Source: an uncultured bacterium
Lineage (GTDB): Bacteria > Patescibacteriota > Minisyncoccia > Moranbacterales > GWC2-37-73
NCBI GenBank assembly: GCA_903851135.1
Contig: CAINNK010000021.1
Coordinates: 441-64,440 of the forward strand
Direction: 5' to 3'
Length of the DNA: 64,000 nucleotides
The stretch's first letter is position 1; the number at the start of each line of letters is the position of its first letter. Shown piece after piece: positions 45,758 to 55,659 of this stretch. The notes under the pieces are model-generated. The model was not told the DNA's origin, made no database searches, and saw only the letters and a list, made by a program, of their open reading frames with translations. The translations under genes and the position numbers were made by a program.

Positions 45758-46810
45758 TTACGATTTTTCAAGACTCAATGCTTCCAAGCCCGGCATCGCA
45801 TTGCCACTCAGATATTCCAACATTGCGCCGCCGCCAGTCGAGACAAATGAAACCTTATCCATTAAATTGTTTTCCTCCAAAACCTGAACTGATTCCCCGC
45901 CGCCGATCAGAGTGTATGCCCCACTGTCAACCACAGCAGCCAAAATTTCTCTCGTAGAGCTATCAAAAGGCGGTTGCTCAAATTTTCCCAAGGGACCATT
46001 CCAAACAATCACTTTTGACTGCGCAATTATTTCCTTAAAAAGTTGCACTGTCTTTTCTCCAATATCCAAGCGATCTTGAGCAAAATCAAGTGGCAAAATA
46101 ACTTTCGAGGAAAATTGAAGTGACTGGTCAATGGCCTCGTTGGCAATTTTACCACCAACTAAAATGTTAGTATAAATTGATTCAAATAACTTAATCAACG
46201 GCAATTTGGTCTCAATTTTTGCGCCACCAATGATTGCCGTGGCTGGAAATTCCGGACTCTTCAGCACTTTGTCAAGATTCTCAATTTCTTTCTGAAGCCA
46301 AAAACCACCATAACTTGGCAGAAATTTTGTCACCCCAGTCACCGAGGCTTGATCGCGATGGCAAACACTAAATGCATCATTAACATAGACTTCAAAATTT
46401 TCCGCCAAAGATTTAGAAAATTCTTCTTCATTGCTTTCTTCCCCTGCATGAAACCGCACATTCTCTAAAAGCAATATTTCTTCCGGCTTAAGACTCTCAA
46501 GAAATTCAGCCACGTCTTTGCCAATGCAATTTTCAGCAAACACAATCTTTTTGCCTAAAATCTTTTCAAGCTCACCAATCAATTGAGTCAAAGAAAAATC
46601 AAAATTTTCTTTTCCATCTGGTCTTCCTAAATGAGAAGCCAAGGCAATCTTGGTTCCAGCTTGAGACGCAAGAAATTCAACAGTTTCCTTGCAAGCTTCC
46701 AATTTAAACCGCTCTTGAATTTTTCCATCCACAATTGCTACGTTAAAATCAGCTCTAACTAAAACCTTTTTTCCCGCAAACTCACCATCTTGAATTTTTT
46801 TTATTTCCAT
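45758..46810 (-). CDS. pgk: Phosphoglycerate kinase
   Basis: VLVRADFNV, IIGGAKIETK and WNGPLGKFE motifs. Confidence 0.9.
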   Translation of the reverse strand: MEIKKIQDGEFAGKKVLVRADFNVAIVDGKIQERFKLEACKETVEFLASQAGTKIALASHLGRPDGKENFDFSLTQLIGELEKILGKKIVFAENCIGKDVAEFLESLKPEEILLLENVRFHAGEESNEEEFSKSLAENFEVYVNDAFSVCHRDQASVTGVTKFLPSYGGFWLQKEIENLDKVLKSPEFPATAIIGGAKIETKLPLIKLFESIYTNILVGGKIANEAIDQSLQFSSKVILPLDFAQDRLDIGEKTVQLFKEIIAQSKVIVWNGPLGKFEQPPFDSSTREILAAVVDSGAYTLIGGGESVQVLEENNLMDKVSFVSTGGGAMLEYLSGNAMPGLEALSLEKS

Positions 46811-46850
46811 AAATTTATTGCTTATTGATTATTGAATTTTGATTATTGTT

Positions 46851-47984
46851 TTACGGATGTCTCCCCATACCAAAAATTGTAATAATCACGCCAATCATAG
46901 CCGTCATCATCGTGAAAATCCAGGCGCGCATCACAATCTTGCATTCAGGCCAGCCGATAGCTTCAAAATGGTGATGGAGTGGTGCTGCCAAAAAAACTTT
47001 GCGATGAAAAAATCGCTTGCTGGTAAGCTGAATAATTACGCTTGCCGATTCGAGTATGTAAACAAAGACAATCAAAAACAAAATTAGCGCCGAGTTTGTT
47101 AGCATTGCAACCACCCCAAGCGTTGTTCCAAGGGCAATTGCCCCAGTGTCTCCCATCATAAAGCGCGCCGGCGAAATATTAAACCATAAGAAAACCAAAA
47201 TCACTCCTGACATCGCGCTGCAAAAAGCTGCCAAATCAACTTTGTTCTGAAAAAAAGAAATGATGGCAAAGGAAAAAAAGGCCACCAACAAAACTCCACC
47301 GTTGAGACCATCCAGACCATCGGTTTCATTGGAAGAAATTGCTGAAAACAAAATCACGAAAATGAAAAGTGGAATATACCACAAGCCAATACTAAAATCG
47401 CCCACGGCTGGAATGTGTAAAACGTCCCAACCTAGTTTGTAATAAAACCACCAACCGCCAGCTGCAGCAATCGTAATCAGCCAACCAAAACGCATTGCGA
47501 ATTTGATGCCCCCGCCTTTATTTTTTCCCCAGCCATGCACACTCATAAAATCATCAAACAAACCAAGCACCCCAGCCGTAATAAGCGCAAACAAAGGCAG
47601 CCAGACTTCCTTGCGACTTAGAAAATCAAGCCGCGCGATGAAATTAATATCTGAAATTTTTGCAATCCAAGGAAAAACAAAATGGGAAGAAAAAACTAAA
47701 ATCAAAACTGAAAACCACATAATCACTCCGCCCATCGTCGGCGTCCCAGATTTATGCGCATGCAATTTGCTCACAAAAGTCAGTTTTTCGCCGTTGACAT
47801 CATTACTTTTAATTTTGATACCTATTTTATATTTATATAAAATATAGGTCCAGAAAGGCGTGACCAAAAATGCCAATATAAAAGCGATAATGCCGGTCAG
47901 CAAAACTTTCAAAACATTGGCCACCTCTGGAATTGTTTGAATTTGAGCAAATTGCATATAGTGATATAAATCGCGAATCCACAC
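46851..47984 (-). CDS. mraY: Phospho-N-acetylmuramoyl-pentapeptide transferase
   Basis: KSGTPTMGG, NETDGLDGL and the DDxxS motif DDFMSVHG. Confidence 0.85.
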   Translation of the reverse strand: MWIRDLYHYMQFAQIQTIPEVANVLKVLLTGIIAFILAFLVTPFWTYILYKYKIGIKIKSNDVNGEKLTFVSKLHAHKSGTPTMGGVIMWFSVLILVFSSHFVFPWIAKISDINFIARLDFLSRKEVWLPLFALITAGVLGLFDDFMSVHGWGKNKGGGIKFAMRFGWLITIAAAGGWWFYYKLGWDVLHIPAVGDFSIGLWYIPLFIFVILFSAISSNETDGLDGLNGGVLLVAFFSFAIISFFQNKVDLAAFCSAMSGVILVFLWFNISPARFMMGDTGAIALGTTLGVVAMLTNSALILFLIVFVYILESASVIIQLTSKRFFHRKVFLAAPLHHHFEAIGWPECKIVMRAWIFTMMTAMIGVIITIFGMGRHP

Positions 47985-48103
47985 TAAGTTAATCTCGAAT
48001 AATCACAAATAAAATTTGATTTATTGGGGAAAATTAAAGTTTAATTCGTATTGATTAAGGATTTTATTTTTAAAAAAATTCGTGATTATTTGTGTTTAAT
48101 CCA

Positions 48104-49150
48104 CTATTGCCAGGAATATGAATTAAAGGTCCAATTGACCATTGTTTTGATATCTTGCCAACGCTGAGGATCATCCAAAACCACTGCAATAATTCGATGC
48201 TTCGTGGCCGGATCATTAACTATAGCTAACAATGAATAACCAGCCATTGGAGTATAGCCAGTTTTTGTACCAATCAAATTTAGAGTCGAATCTTTTTGAG
48301 TAAGATATTTATCAGTGTTAATAATAGTGTGTTTAAGTTTTCCATCAATTGAGGTGACTATCAAATCACTTGGCGTGCGAGCAATTTCCCAAATTGTCTT
48401 GTAACGCAAGGAATAGGCTGCAATACGGGCAATATCATAAGCTGAAGAATAACAACCGACCGCAGCGGTTTCATCGTCCAAATCAAGTCCGGAAGGCGTG
48501 CAAAAATGAGTGTCAGTAAGACCAAGAGCACTAGCTTTAGCATTCATAATATCCGCGAAAGCACTTTGCGTACCGGCCATATACTTACCCAAAGCAATCG
48601 CAGAATCATTAGCGCTGTTCATTAGCATCGCATGCAACAAACTATTTGCAGAAATTTTTTCCCCAATTTCCAAACGTTGAGTAGTACAATTACCGCTTGT
48701 CATGCAACCTATTTTTGTACCATCAGCGTAAACTGGTTCCTGATCAATCGTCACAGCCTCATTCAAGTTTGAAATCCTTTCCATCGCCAACGTAGCAGTC
48801 ATAAGTTTTGTCAGAGATGCAATTTGCCTGTGATCTTTGCCGTTGCTATAATGCAAAATCGTCCCAGTGTCAGCATCAATTACAACTGAGGCGTGCGCGT
48901 TCGAAACGGTCAAATCTTTCACACCAGCTTTACGCACCGGTTGATACTGAGGATCGTCGACTGCTTGCGCTTTCAAAATTTCTGGTTTCTTTTGAGTTTC
49001 AACTCCTTCCACAATGCCAGCAGACAAACTTTTTTCAATTTCTACTGTCTTAGCTTGCACCGGCTTACCACCAACAAACTCTTTTTGTAAAAACAAAAAA
49101 GAGTTCAGCGGAAAAAAAACAATCATCAAAATTATTGGCAAAATAGGCAT
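48104..49150 (-). CDS. D-alanyl-D-alanine carboxypeptidase (PBP5/6 class, S11 peptidase)
   Basis: SxxK (SLTKLMTA), SGN (MTSGN) and KTG (GTKTGYT) motifs; N-terminal signal/TM. Confidence 0.8.
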   Translation of the reverse strand: MPILPIILMIVFFPLNSFLFLQKEFVGGKPVQAKTVEIEKSLSAGIVEGVETQKKPEILKAQAVDDPQYQPVRKAGVKDLTVSNAHASVVIDADTGTILHYSNGKDHRQIASLTKLMTATLAMERISNLNEAVTIDQEPVYADGTKIGCMTSGNCTTQRLEIGEKISANSLLHAMLMNSANDSAIALGKYMAGTQSAFADIMNAKASALGLTDTHFCTPSGLDLDDETAAVGCYSSAYDIARIAAYSLRYKTIWEIARTPSDLIVTSIDGKLKHTIINTDKYLTQKDSTLNLIGTKTGYTPMAGYSLLAIVNDPATKHRIIAVVLDDPQRWQDIKTMVNWTFNSYSWQ

Positions 49151-49352
49151 TAAAATTATTCTATATAATATGCAACTAAAAAAATGTTTCGTTTAAGCAC
49201 CCAAAGGAATAGATTTTTGGAAAATATATTGCTTGAGCAAGCCTTTCTTTTTTCTAAAATTTTCCATTGGTTGCCGTTGATTGAGGGAAAATTTTAGTTA
49301 AAAAAGAAAGAGCGGTGAGGATATTTGAAAAAATTTATTCCTTAGGGCGCTT

Positions 49353-49904
49353 TTAGCCAATTTCACTAGCAACAGAATTAATTCTCTCATCCACTGATAG
49401 TGTAGCATAGTTTGGCAATTTTTTCACGTCCTCGACTCCCAGTTTTTTCAAAAACTCAAAAGAAATGCTATAAACATAACCTCGAGAATCACGTGGATTG
49501 TCACTGCGAGCAATTAAGCCGCGCAGCAGCAAATTTCTCAAAGTGTAATTGCAGTTAACTCCCCGGATAGCTTCAATTTCCGGTTTTGAAATTGGACCGC
49601 GATAAGCAATAATCGAAACTACCTCCAAAGCCGCCGGCGAAAGTGAATCTTGCAGTTCGCTTTTCATCAGTTGTTCAACAAATTGAGCATTTTCAGCACG
49701 GCTGGCCAACTGAACTTCATCGCCTTTGCGAATAAGCGACAAGCCGCTTTGAGAACTGGCATATTTTTCCTGTAAACTTTCCAAACCTTTTTCAATTTCC
49801 GGCAACTCCAAAGTCAAAACTTTGGTCAAACGTGAAATTTTAATTGGTTCACCACTCACAAATAAAACACTTTCAATTGCTGAGATGATTTTTTCTGTTT
49901 CCAT
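49353..49904 (-). CDS. scpB: Segregation and condensation protein B
   Basis: The N-terminal winged helix AIESVLFVSGEPIKISRL is typical. Confidence 0.85.
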   Translation of the reverse strand: METEKIISAIESVLFVSGEPIKISRLTKVLTLELPEIEKGLESLQEKYASSQSGLSLIRKGDEVQLASRAENAQFVEQLMKSELQDSLSPAALEVVSIIAYRGPISKPEIEAIRGVNCNYTLRNLLLRGLIARSDNPRDSRGYVYSISFEFLKKLGVEDVKKLPNYATLSVDERINSVASEIG

Positions 49905-49924
49905 ATTTTTTAAGCTTTATGACG

Positions 49925-50647
49925 TTATAAACTTTCAACTTCGCTAGTTTCTTTATATTTTAATCTAATTTCCGAAAAAAGTTCTCCTTGTTCAACGTGG
50001 ATGAGCTTTTGTTTGACCATTTCCAGCATCGCCAAAAAGGAAACCACCACTTCAACTTTGTCGGTCGCATTGGCAATCAGTTCCGCAAAAGAAGTTTGCA
50101 CTTTTTCGCGTAGCTTTTCTTGCAAATGCAAAATCTTTTCTTCCAAAGTTAAAACTTCTTTAATCATTTCTTGCTCCAATTTTTCCACCACCGGGATTTC
50201 GCCCAACACTTTCGCAAAGGCCTTGAGCAAGTCATCGCTGGTAATTTTTTCCGGCGGATAAAAAACCACTCCTTGACCAACAAAACTTTCACGAGAAAAA
50301 CAATGAAAAGGGGCTTGCAGCAAGGCTGCAATTTCCTTGGCTGCATCTTTGAATTTTTTGTACTGCGCCAACTGATGTTCCAAATCTTTGATTTCCTCTT
50401 CTTCCTCTGGTGAAAATTCCAGTAGTGGCAAAAGCGCTTTGGATTTAATCAAAATTAGCCTTGAAGCCACCGACAAAAAGTCTGCCAAATTTTGCAGTGT
50501 GATATTTTCCGCTTGGCTAATGTATTGCAAATATTGATCCGCAATCTGCGCCAGACTCACCCGCGTGATGTCCAGCTTTTCCTGCTCCGTCAGTTGCAGC
50601 AACAAATCCAACGGCCCTTCGAATTGTTCAATTTTAATGTTATACAT
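49925..50647 (-). CDS. scpA: Segregation and condensation protein A
   Basis: FEGPLDLLLQLTEQEKLDITRVSLAQIADQYL. Confidence 0.85.
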   Translation of the reverse strand: MYNIKIEQFEGPLDLLLQLTEQEKLDITRVSLAQIADQYLQYISQAENITLQNLADFLSVASRLILIKSKALLPLLEFSPEEEEEIKDLEHQLAQYKKFKDAAKEIAALLQAPFHCFSRESFVGQGVVFYPPEKITSDDLLKAFAKVLGEIPVVEKLEQEMIKEVLTLEEKILHLQEKLREKVQTSFAELIANATDKVEVVVSFLAMLEMVKQKLIHVEQGELFSEIRLKYKETSEVESL

Positions 50648-50695
50648 GAACCTACAAATTTACAAATCAATTACAAATATACAAAAAAAACTTTA

Positions 50696-50792
50696 AATAA
50701 ATCCTAATTTCCAATAAAGCTCCAAATCCTAAATCCGAATTTTTAACATTGGGATTTTAGATTTCCTTAGACATTAGACATTTAGATTTAGG
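50696..50792. repeat. Family-A repeat, copy 4 (short form)
   Basis: aaatcctaatttccaataaagctccaaatcctaaatccgaatttttaacattgggattttagatttccttagacattagacatttagatttaggatttt. Confidence 0.7.
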
Positions 50793-50834
50793 ATTTTAAA
50801 AAAATCATTTATCTCAAAAATCTTTTTAAAATTG

Positions 50835-52103
50835 CTATTCTTCTGCTTTTAGTTCTACTTCACTCTTATTATCCACCAACCTGAAGGCTGGATAAATCCC
50901 CAGCAAAACCAAACCGGCAATCAACAAGAAAATATATTTCATCGGGGCTACAATCAAAAGCATTGCCGAAAGACCAGTGGCTAGCAAATAAGCTACTGCT
51001 CTGGTCGTGCGAAAAAAACTAATCAAATCAACATCCCGTCCATCAATTTTTTTGTAAAAATAAGAATCACGCAAGGTTTCAACACTAGCCGCTCCAACTC
51101 GTGTGAGCAGCAAAATTGCAGACCAAAGAAAAAGAGAATTCGAGTTAATAAAAAATATTCCTAAGGATGAACATCCCATGATCAACAAACCGCCAATAAT
51201 CATTTCTTTTTCACCAAATTTTTCATCCGCCAAAATTCCCACTGGATATCCCAGAACCACGAAAGGAATAAGCATAATCGTAAAGGCGATTCCAATTTGC
51301 TCCCAAGAAAATCCTCTTCCCAACAAATAAAGTGGGGTGTAGACAATCATCAGCGCGTAAAAAGCTTCCAAGGCCAAGGAAATCATATATATATTCAGCA
51401 CGTTTTTATTGGTCAAAACTTTCATGCCAATATCCTGAACGGTTAGCTTACCATTAAATCTCCCATTAACACCCCGCAAGCCAACTAGACTAATAACCAG
51501 CATCAAACAATTAAGAGTCAGTGTGGCAATGAACAAGCCATTATAATCAAAACTCGCAAGAATCCTGGTCGATAGAAATGGTCCAAGGAGAACACCCGCA
51601 TTTAAAATCATCAAATGAAATCCCCGAATGCGACCTGATTTTTTGTCTTCGGAATATTCCTCAATAATCACGTCCAGCACTGTCCATGCAAAATAACCAG
51701 CAACAATATATAACATCATCAAGGCTACACCCACTATCGGTTGTTTAACAAAGATAAGCGCGAACAATAAATAAATCTGCAGCAAAAAAAACAGAAAAAA
51801 TGCGCCCGATTTTCCCAATATCTTGACAAGCTTATGCATATTAAGCAGCCCGATAAGAGCAACAACATAAGCGATGAAATAAAAAGAACTAACATTATGA
51901 CTGCCAAGCTTCTGACTAAAATAATCCGAAGTAACATACATCAGCAGGGCCTGAGCAAAGCCAAACAAAAAAGAAATTACACCCAAGAGTTTCAATTTCT
52001 TTTCATCTGCATGCTCAACATGTTTTTCTTTTTTTCGCCTCATGATAAATACTTTTTTATATTTTATTTGAAGATATTTTTTGTTAAAAGATACAAACAC
52101 CAA
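50835..52103 (-). CDS. MFS transporter, 12 TM helices; start likely at the internal Met near 52043
   Basis: Hydropathy pattern; conserved GR-rich loop between TM2 and TM3. Confidence 0.65.
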   Translation of the reverse strand: MVFVSFNKKYLQIKYKKVFIMRRKKEKHVEHADEKKLKLLGVISFLFGFAQALLMYVTSDYFSQKLGSHNVSSFYFIAYVVALIGLLNMHKLVKILGKSGAFFLFFLLQIYLLFALIFVKQPIVGVALMMLYIVAGYFAWTVLDVIIEEYSEDKKSGRIRGFHLMILNAGVLLGPFLSTRILASFDYNGLFIATLTLNCLMLVISLVGLRGVNGRFNGKLTVQDIGMKVLTNKNVLNIYMISLALEAFYALMIVYTPLYLLGRGFSWEQIGIAFTIMLIPFVVLGYPVGILADEKFGEKEMIIGGLLIMGCSSLGIFFINSNSLFLWSAILLLTRVGAASVETLRDSYFYKKIDGRDVDLISFFRTTRAVAYLLATGLSAMLLIVAPMKYIFLLIAGLVLLGIYPAFRLVDNKSEVELKAEE

Positions 52104-52252
52104 GCAAAATCCAAAATCTAAATTTCCAATGACTAATAAAATCTAAAATCCGAATGCCAAAGGTTAGGATTTAGGATTTAGAACTTTATTGTCAGCCAGA
52201 GGCTGATCACCCTTTGGGTGAGAAATTGGAAATTAGGATTTGAGAATTTTTA
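52100..52252. repeat. Family-A repeat, copy 5 (long form with the GC-rich core), inverted relative to copy 2
   Basis: Reverse complement aligns to 16476-16616 nearly base-for-base, including ctcacccaaagggtgatcagcctctggctgacaataaag. Confidence 0.8.
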
Positions 52253-52266
52253 GTCATTCTAGAACT

Positions 52267-52608
52267 TCACTCTTTCCCTGCAATCTTAATCATATTCTCC
52301 ACCCTTGTCCTAGCAGAAACAATCGCCAGGGCTTCAACTTCAATTTCACATTCAAAACCACTGCCGTTCAAGGGGCAACTTTTAACAACACCGCTGATAT
52401 CCACCAAATAACCAGTTTTAATATGTTTTGCCATCGCAAAAGCTTTTTCCTTGTCAGGAATAACGATTGCGGTTGCCAAAAATGAAAGATCGTGTATTTC
52501 CAAAAACAAAATCCCACCATGATCTTCTATTTTCTCAACAATACCACTAATCTTAACTTGCTGACCGACATATTGCTCAAGTTTTTCAATCTCTACATTT
52601 TCCGTCAT
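52267..52608 (-). CDS. Stand-alone OB-fold protein homologous to the N-terminal anticodon-binding domain of AspRS/AsnRS, with no catalytic domain
   Basis: VGQQVKISGIVEKIEDHGGILFLEIHD...CEIEVEALAIV parallels the aspS N-terminus IGQKVVLAGWVHRRRDHGGIAFIDLRD...GIEIEVAQLEVL encoded directly upstream. Confidence 0.55.
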   Translation of the reverse strand: MTENVEIEKLEQYVGQQVKISGIVEKIEDHGGILFLEIHDLSFLATAIVIPDKEKAFAMAKHIKTGYLVDISGVVKSCPLNGSGFECEIEVEALAIVSARTRVENMIKIAGKE

Positions 52609-52650
52609 ATATCAAACTATCATATTTAAAAAAATATATCTGAAAAATTT

Positions 52651-54438
52651 CTAATTTACACTTTTTATATTCAATTCTTTCAATTGCTTTGCATCAACCT
52701 CGCTTGGACTATCCATCATCAAGTCCTTACCTTTGCCATCTTTTGGGAAAGCATAAATGTCACGAATAGAATCCAAATCATGCAGCACCATCAAAATGCG
52801 ATCAATGCCAGGAGCTCCACCACCATGAGGTGGTGCGCCAAATTTAAAAGCTTTAATCAAGGCGCCAAAACGTCCATCTACCGCTTCTCGACTATAGCCA
52901 GCAATTTCAAAAGCTTTATACATTATTTCTGGATCGTGGTTGCGAATTGCTCCACTAGAAGCTTCGAAACCATTAATAATCATATCGTGCTGATAAGCCA
53001 AAATTTCCAAAGGCTTTTTTTCTTCCAAAGCTTTCAGCCCGCCTTGTGGCATTGAAAATGGATTATGTTCGAAATCCAATCTACCCGGTTCGATTTCCGA
53101 ATAAGAATACATCGGAAAATCAATAATCCAACACCAGGCCGCCTTAGAATTATCTTTAAGCCCCAATTTTTTTCCGCACTCATTTCGCACAGCTCCCAAA
53201 CTTGCACAAACCGTTTTCCAACTGTCAGCACCAAAGAAAACGATGTCTCCAACCTTAGCCTGCACTTCTTTAATTATTTCTTGAGCCAACTCTTCGCCCA
53301 AAAATTTCACAATTGGCGATTGCAGCTCGCCATTTTCCTTGACGATAATATAAGCCAGACCTTTTGCATCTTTGCCTTTTGCAATTTCAGTCAGTTCATC
53401 AATTTCCTTGCGAGAAAATTTGGCACCACCATCAACCTTAAGACCATGCACGACTCCCCCATTTTTAATCGTCTCAGCAAAAACAGAAAAACCACAATTT
53501 TCAACTAATTGAGTGACGGGCTTGATTTCCATTTCAAAACGCAAATCCGGTTTGTCAGAACCGTACTTGTTCAATGCTTCTTTCCAGGGAAATTGCTTAA
53601 ACTTGCCATTTTCATCCAAATTAACAATCTTTTTATTGGAAAATTTTTCCGTCAGTTCTATCATCAAAGGTTCAAATACTGCAAAAATATCTTCTTGTGA
53701 AACAAAACTCATTTCCACATCCAATTGATAAAATTCTCCATAGTGCCGATCCATGCGAGGATCTTCATCGCGAAAACAAGGAGCAATTTGAAAATATCGA
53801 TCCAAACCTCCCACCATCAAAAGCTGCTTAAATTGTTGCGGAGCTTGCGGCAAAGCGTAAAATTTTCCAGGATGAAATCGCGATGGCACCAAGAAATCGC
53901 GTGCGCCTTCCGGTGAAGAATTTGCCAAAATCGGGGTTTGCACTTCAATAAAATTCAGCCTATGAAAATATTCCCGCATATGCTGGATATATTTGTCTTT
54001 TAATGCTAAAAGTTTTTGAACTTCTGGACGTCTGAGATCCACAAAACGATATTGCAAGCGCAAATTTTCATTAGCCTCTTTGGCTTTTTCTTCATCAAGT
54101 TCAAAAGGTGGCGTCAAAGATTTATTCAGCACTTCCAGCTGCGCCACCTCAATTTCAATCCCACCTGTTTGCAATTTGGAATTAAGCATGTTATCAGGCC
54201 TAGCAACAACACTGCCCGCAACCTTAATCACCCATTCACTGCGCAACTTGTCAACTTCTTGCAGCAGCTGCTGGTTGCCAATTGGATTAAACTTCACTTG
54301 CGTAATCCCATAGCGATCGCGTAAATCGATAAAAGCAATTCCGCCATGATCCCTGCGGCGATGCACCCATCCTGCCAAGACCACCTTTTGTCCAATGTTT
54401 TTTTCATTCAATTCTCCGCATGTGTGTGTTCGCATCAT
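52651..54438 (-). CDS. aspS: Aspartyl-tRNA synthetase (bacterial type)
   Basis: Class II motifs; the C-terminus GGAPPHGGGAPGIDRILMVL is diagnostic. Confidence 0.9.
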   Translation of the reverse strand: MMRTHTCGELNEKNIGQKVVLAGWVHRRRDHGGIAFIDLRDRYGITQVKFNPIGNQQLLQEVDKLRSEWVIKVAGSVVARPDNMLNSKLQTGGIEIEVAQLEVLNKSLTPPFELDEEKAKEANENLRLQYRFVDLRRPEVQKLLALKDKYIQHMREYFHRLNFIEVQTPILANSSPEGARDFLVPSRFHPGKFYALPQAPQQFKQLLMVGGLDRYFQIAPCFRDEDPRMDRHYGEFYQLDVEMSFVSQEDIFAVFEPLMIELTEKFSNKKIVNLDENGKFKQFPWKEALNKYGSDKPDLRFEMEIKPVTQLVENCGFSVFAETIKNGGVVHGLKVDGGAKFSRKEIDELTEIAKGKDAKGLAYIIVKENGELQSPIVKFLGEELAQEIIKEVQAKVGDIVFFGADSWKTVCASLGAVRNECGKKLGLKDNSKAAWCWIIDFPMYSYSEIEPGRLDFEHNPFSMPQGGLKALEEKKPLEILAYQHDMIINGFEASSGAIRNHDPEIMYKAFEIAGYSREAVDGRFGALIKAFKFGAPPHGGGAPGIDRILMVLHDLDSIRDIYAFPKDGKGKDLMMDSPSEVDAKQLKELNIKSVN

Positions 54439-54506
54439 AATTCAACTTTTTGACATTTAATTTTAAAACCAAATATTTTAACCATCAGGCAAATTCATTT
54501 TCAAAT

Positions 54507-55304
54507 TTAGCCAAGCAATTCTTTCACTTTTCGAGCAAGGTCACTTGGAACAACCTTCGTCTTTTCGTAAAAATCAGAAATTCCCATCTCACGTACCGCT
54601 GCCACATCTTCCTCTATCAATGAAGCAGAAAGCACAATAATTGGAGTGTCTTTTGTCCTGTCATCCATTTTCAGCCTGCGAATAATTTCCTCACCTCCAG
54701 CTGCCGGCATTGTCATGTCAGTAATAAACAAATCATATTCATTTTCAGCTGCTAACTTGATTCCCCAGACTCCATTCTTGGCATATTCAACTTCATAACC
54801 CTCATCTTCAAGCTTCTTGCCAAACATCTCCAGAAAAATTTCCTCATCTTCAATAAAAAGAATTCTTTTTTTATTGGCATTAACTTCTTTCTTATTCCCA
54901 CTTAGTCGCTCTTTGTTCTTTTTCTGCTCACCATATTCATTTAACAACCTTTGAATTTCAACCACCAACTCCGAAGGACTATATTGAGTCTTGCCAATAA
55001 AGCCATTAGCCCCATTGTCTCGAGCTTCTTTCTCATATTCCGTTTTATTCAAATTGCTTAGCACGACGATTTTCAGATTAGCATCATAATCACCACTCTG
55101 CCTGAGTTGCTTGAGGACATCCATGCCGCTCATTTCCGGCAAAACCATATCCAACAAAATCAAATCAAAAGTGCTCTCACTGGCAAACTTCAAAACCTCC
55201 TTGCCAGTCACCGCGTTAACAACTTCAAACCCAACTGATTCAAATTTTCTTTTATATATTTCGGCGATCATTAGATCGTCCTCAACAAGCATTATTTTTG
55301 CCAT
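54507..55304 (-). CDS. Tandem-receiver (REC-REC) response-regulator-like protein with no output domain
   Basis: Two CheY-like modules (MLVEDD...LLDMVLPEMSG...; ILFIEDEE...ITDMTMPAAGG...). Confidence 0.75.
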   Translation of the reverse strand: MAKIMLVEDDLMIAEIYKRKFESVGFEVVNAVTGKEVLKFASESTFDLILLDMVLPEMSGMDVLKQLRQSGDYDANLKIVVLSNLNKTEYEKEARDNGANGFIGKTQYSPSELVVEIQRLLNEYGEQKKNKERLSGNKKEVNANKKRILFIEDEEIFLEMFGKKLEDEGYEVEYAKNGVWGIKLAAENEYDLFITDMTMPAAGGEEIIRRLKMDDRTKDTPIIVLSASLIEEDVAAVREMGISDFYEKTKVVPSDLARKVKELLG

Positions 55305-55493
55305 AGTATTTATTTTTTACTATTTAACAAAACCAACAAAAAAAATTATAATCAACCTCTCGCCAGGTGGAAAGTTACAAGAAAAATTCAATATATTTTT
55401 TATATATCCCAATAAATCAAGTTTAACCAAGATAAAGGAAAAAAGCAAGCAGAATGAGTAAAAAGTTGAAAGTTATAAAGTTATAAAGATCTT

Positions 55494-55640
55494 CAAGCTT
55501 AGGGCTTACATGCTTGATCGAAAAATTACTTACAACCGGTTCACTTAGTGAAAAAGACTTGAAGTAGACAAGGGGCAGCTTGCTTAGCACAGGAAATACG
55601 CTCTAGGAATTTGAGAGCGAGTATATAAACCCTAAGCTTC
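55494..55640. other. Candidate structured RNA or leader: long-range inverted repeat aagcttaggg...ccctaagctt enclosing several local hairpins (ttcacttagtgaa, gctctaggaatttgagagc)
   Basis: Read from sequence; lies in the 355-nt spacer between ispH and the REC-REC gene. Confidence 0.3.
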
Positions 55641-55659
55641 TTACGAAGCTAAAAGAAAG

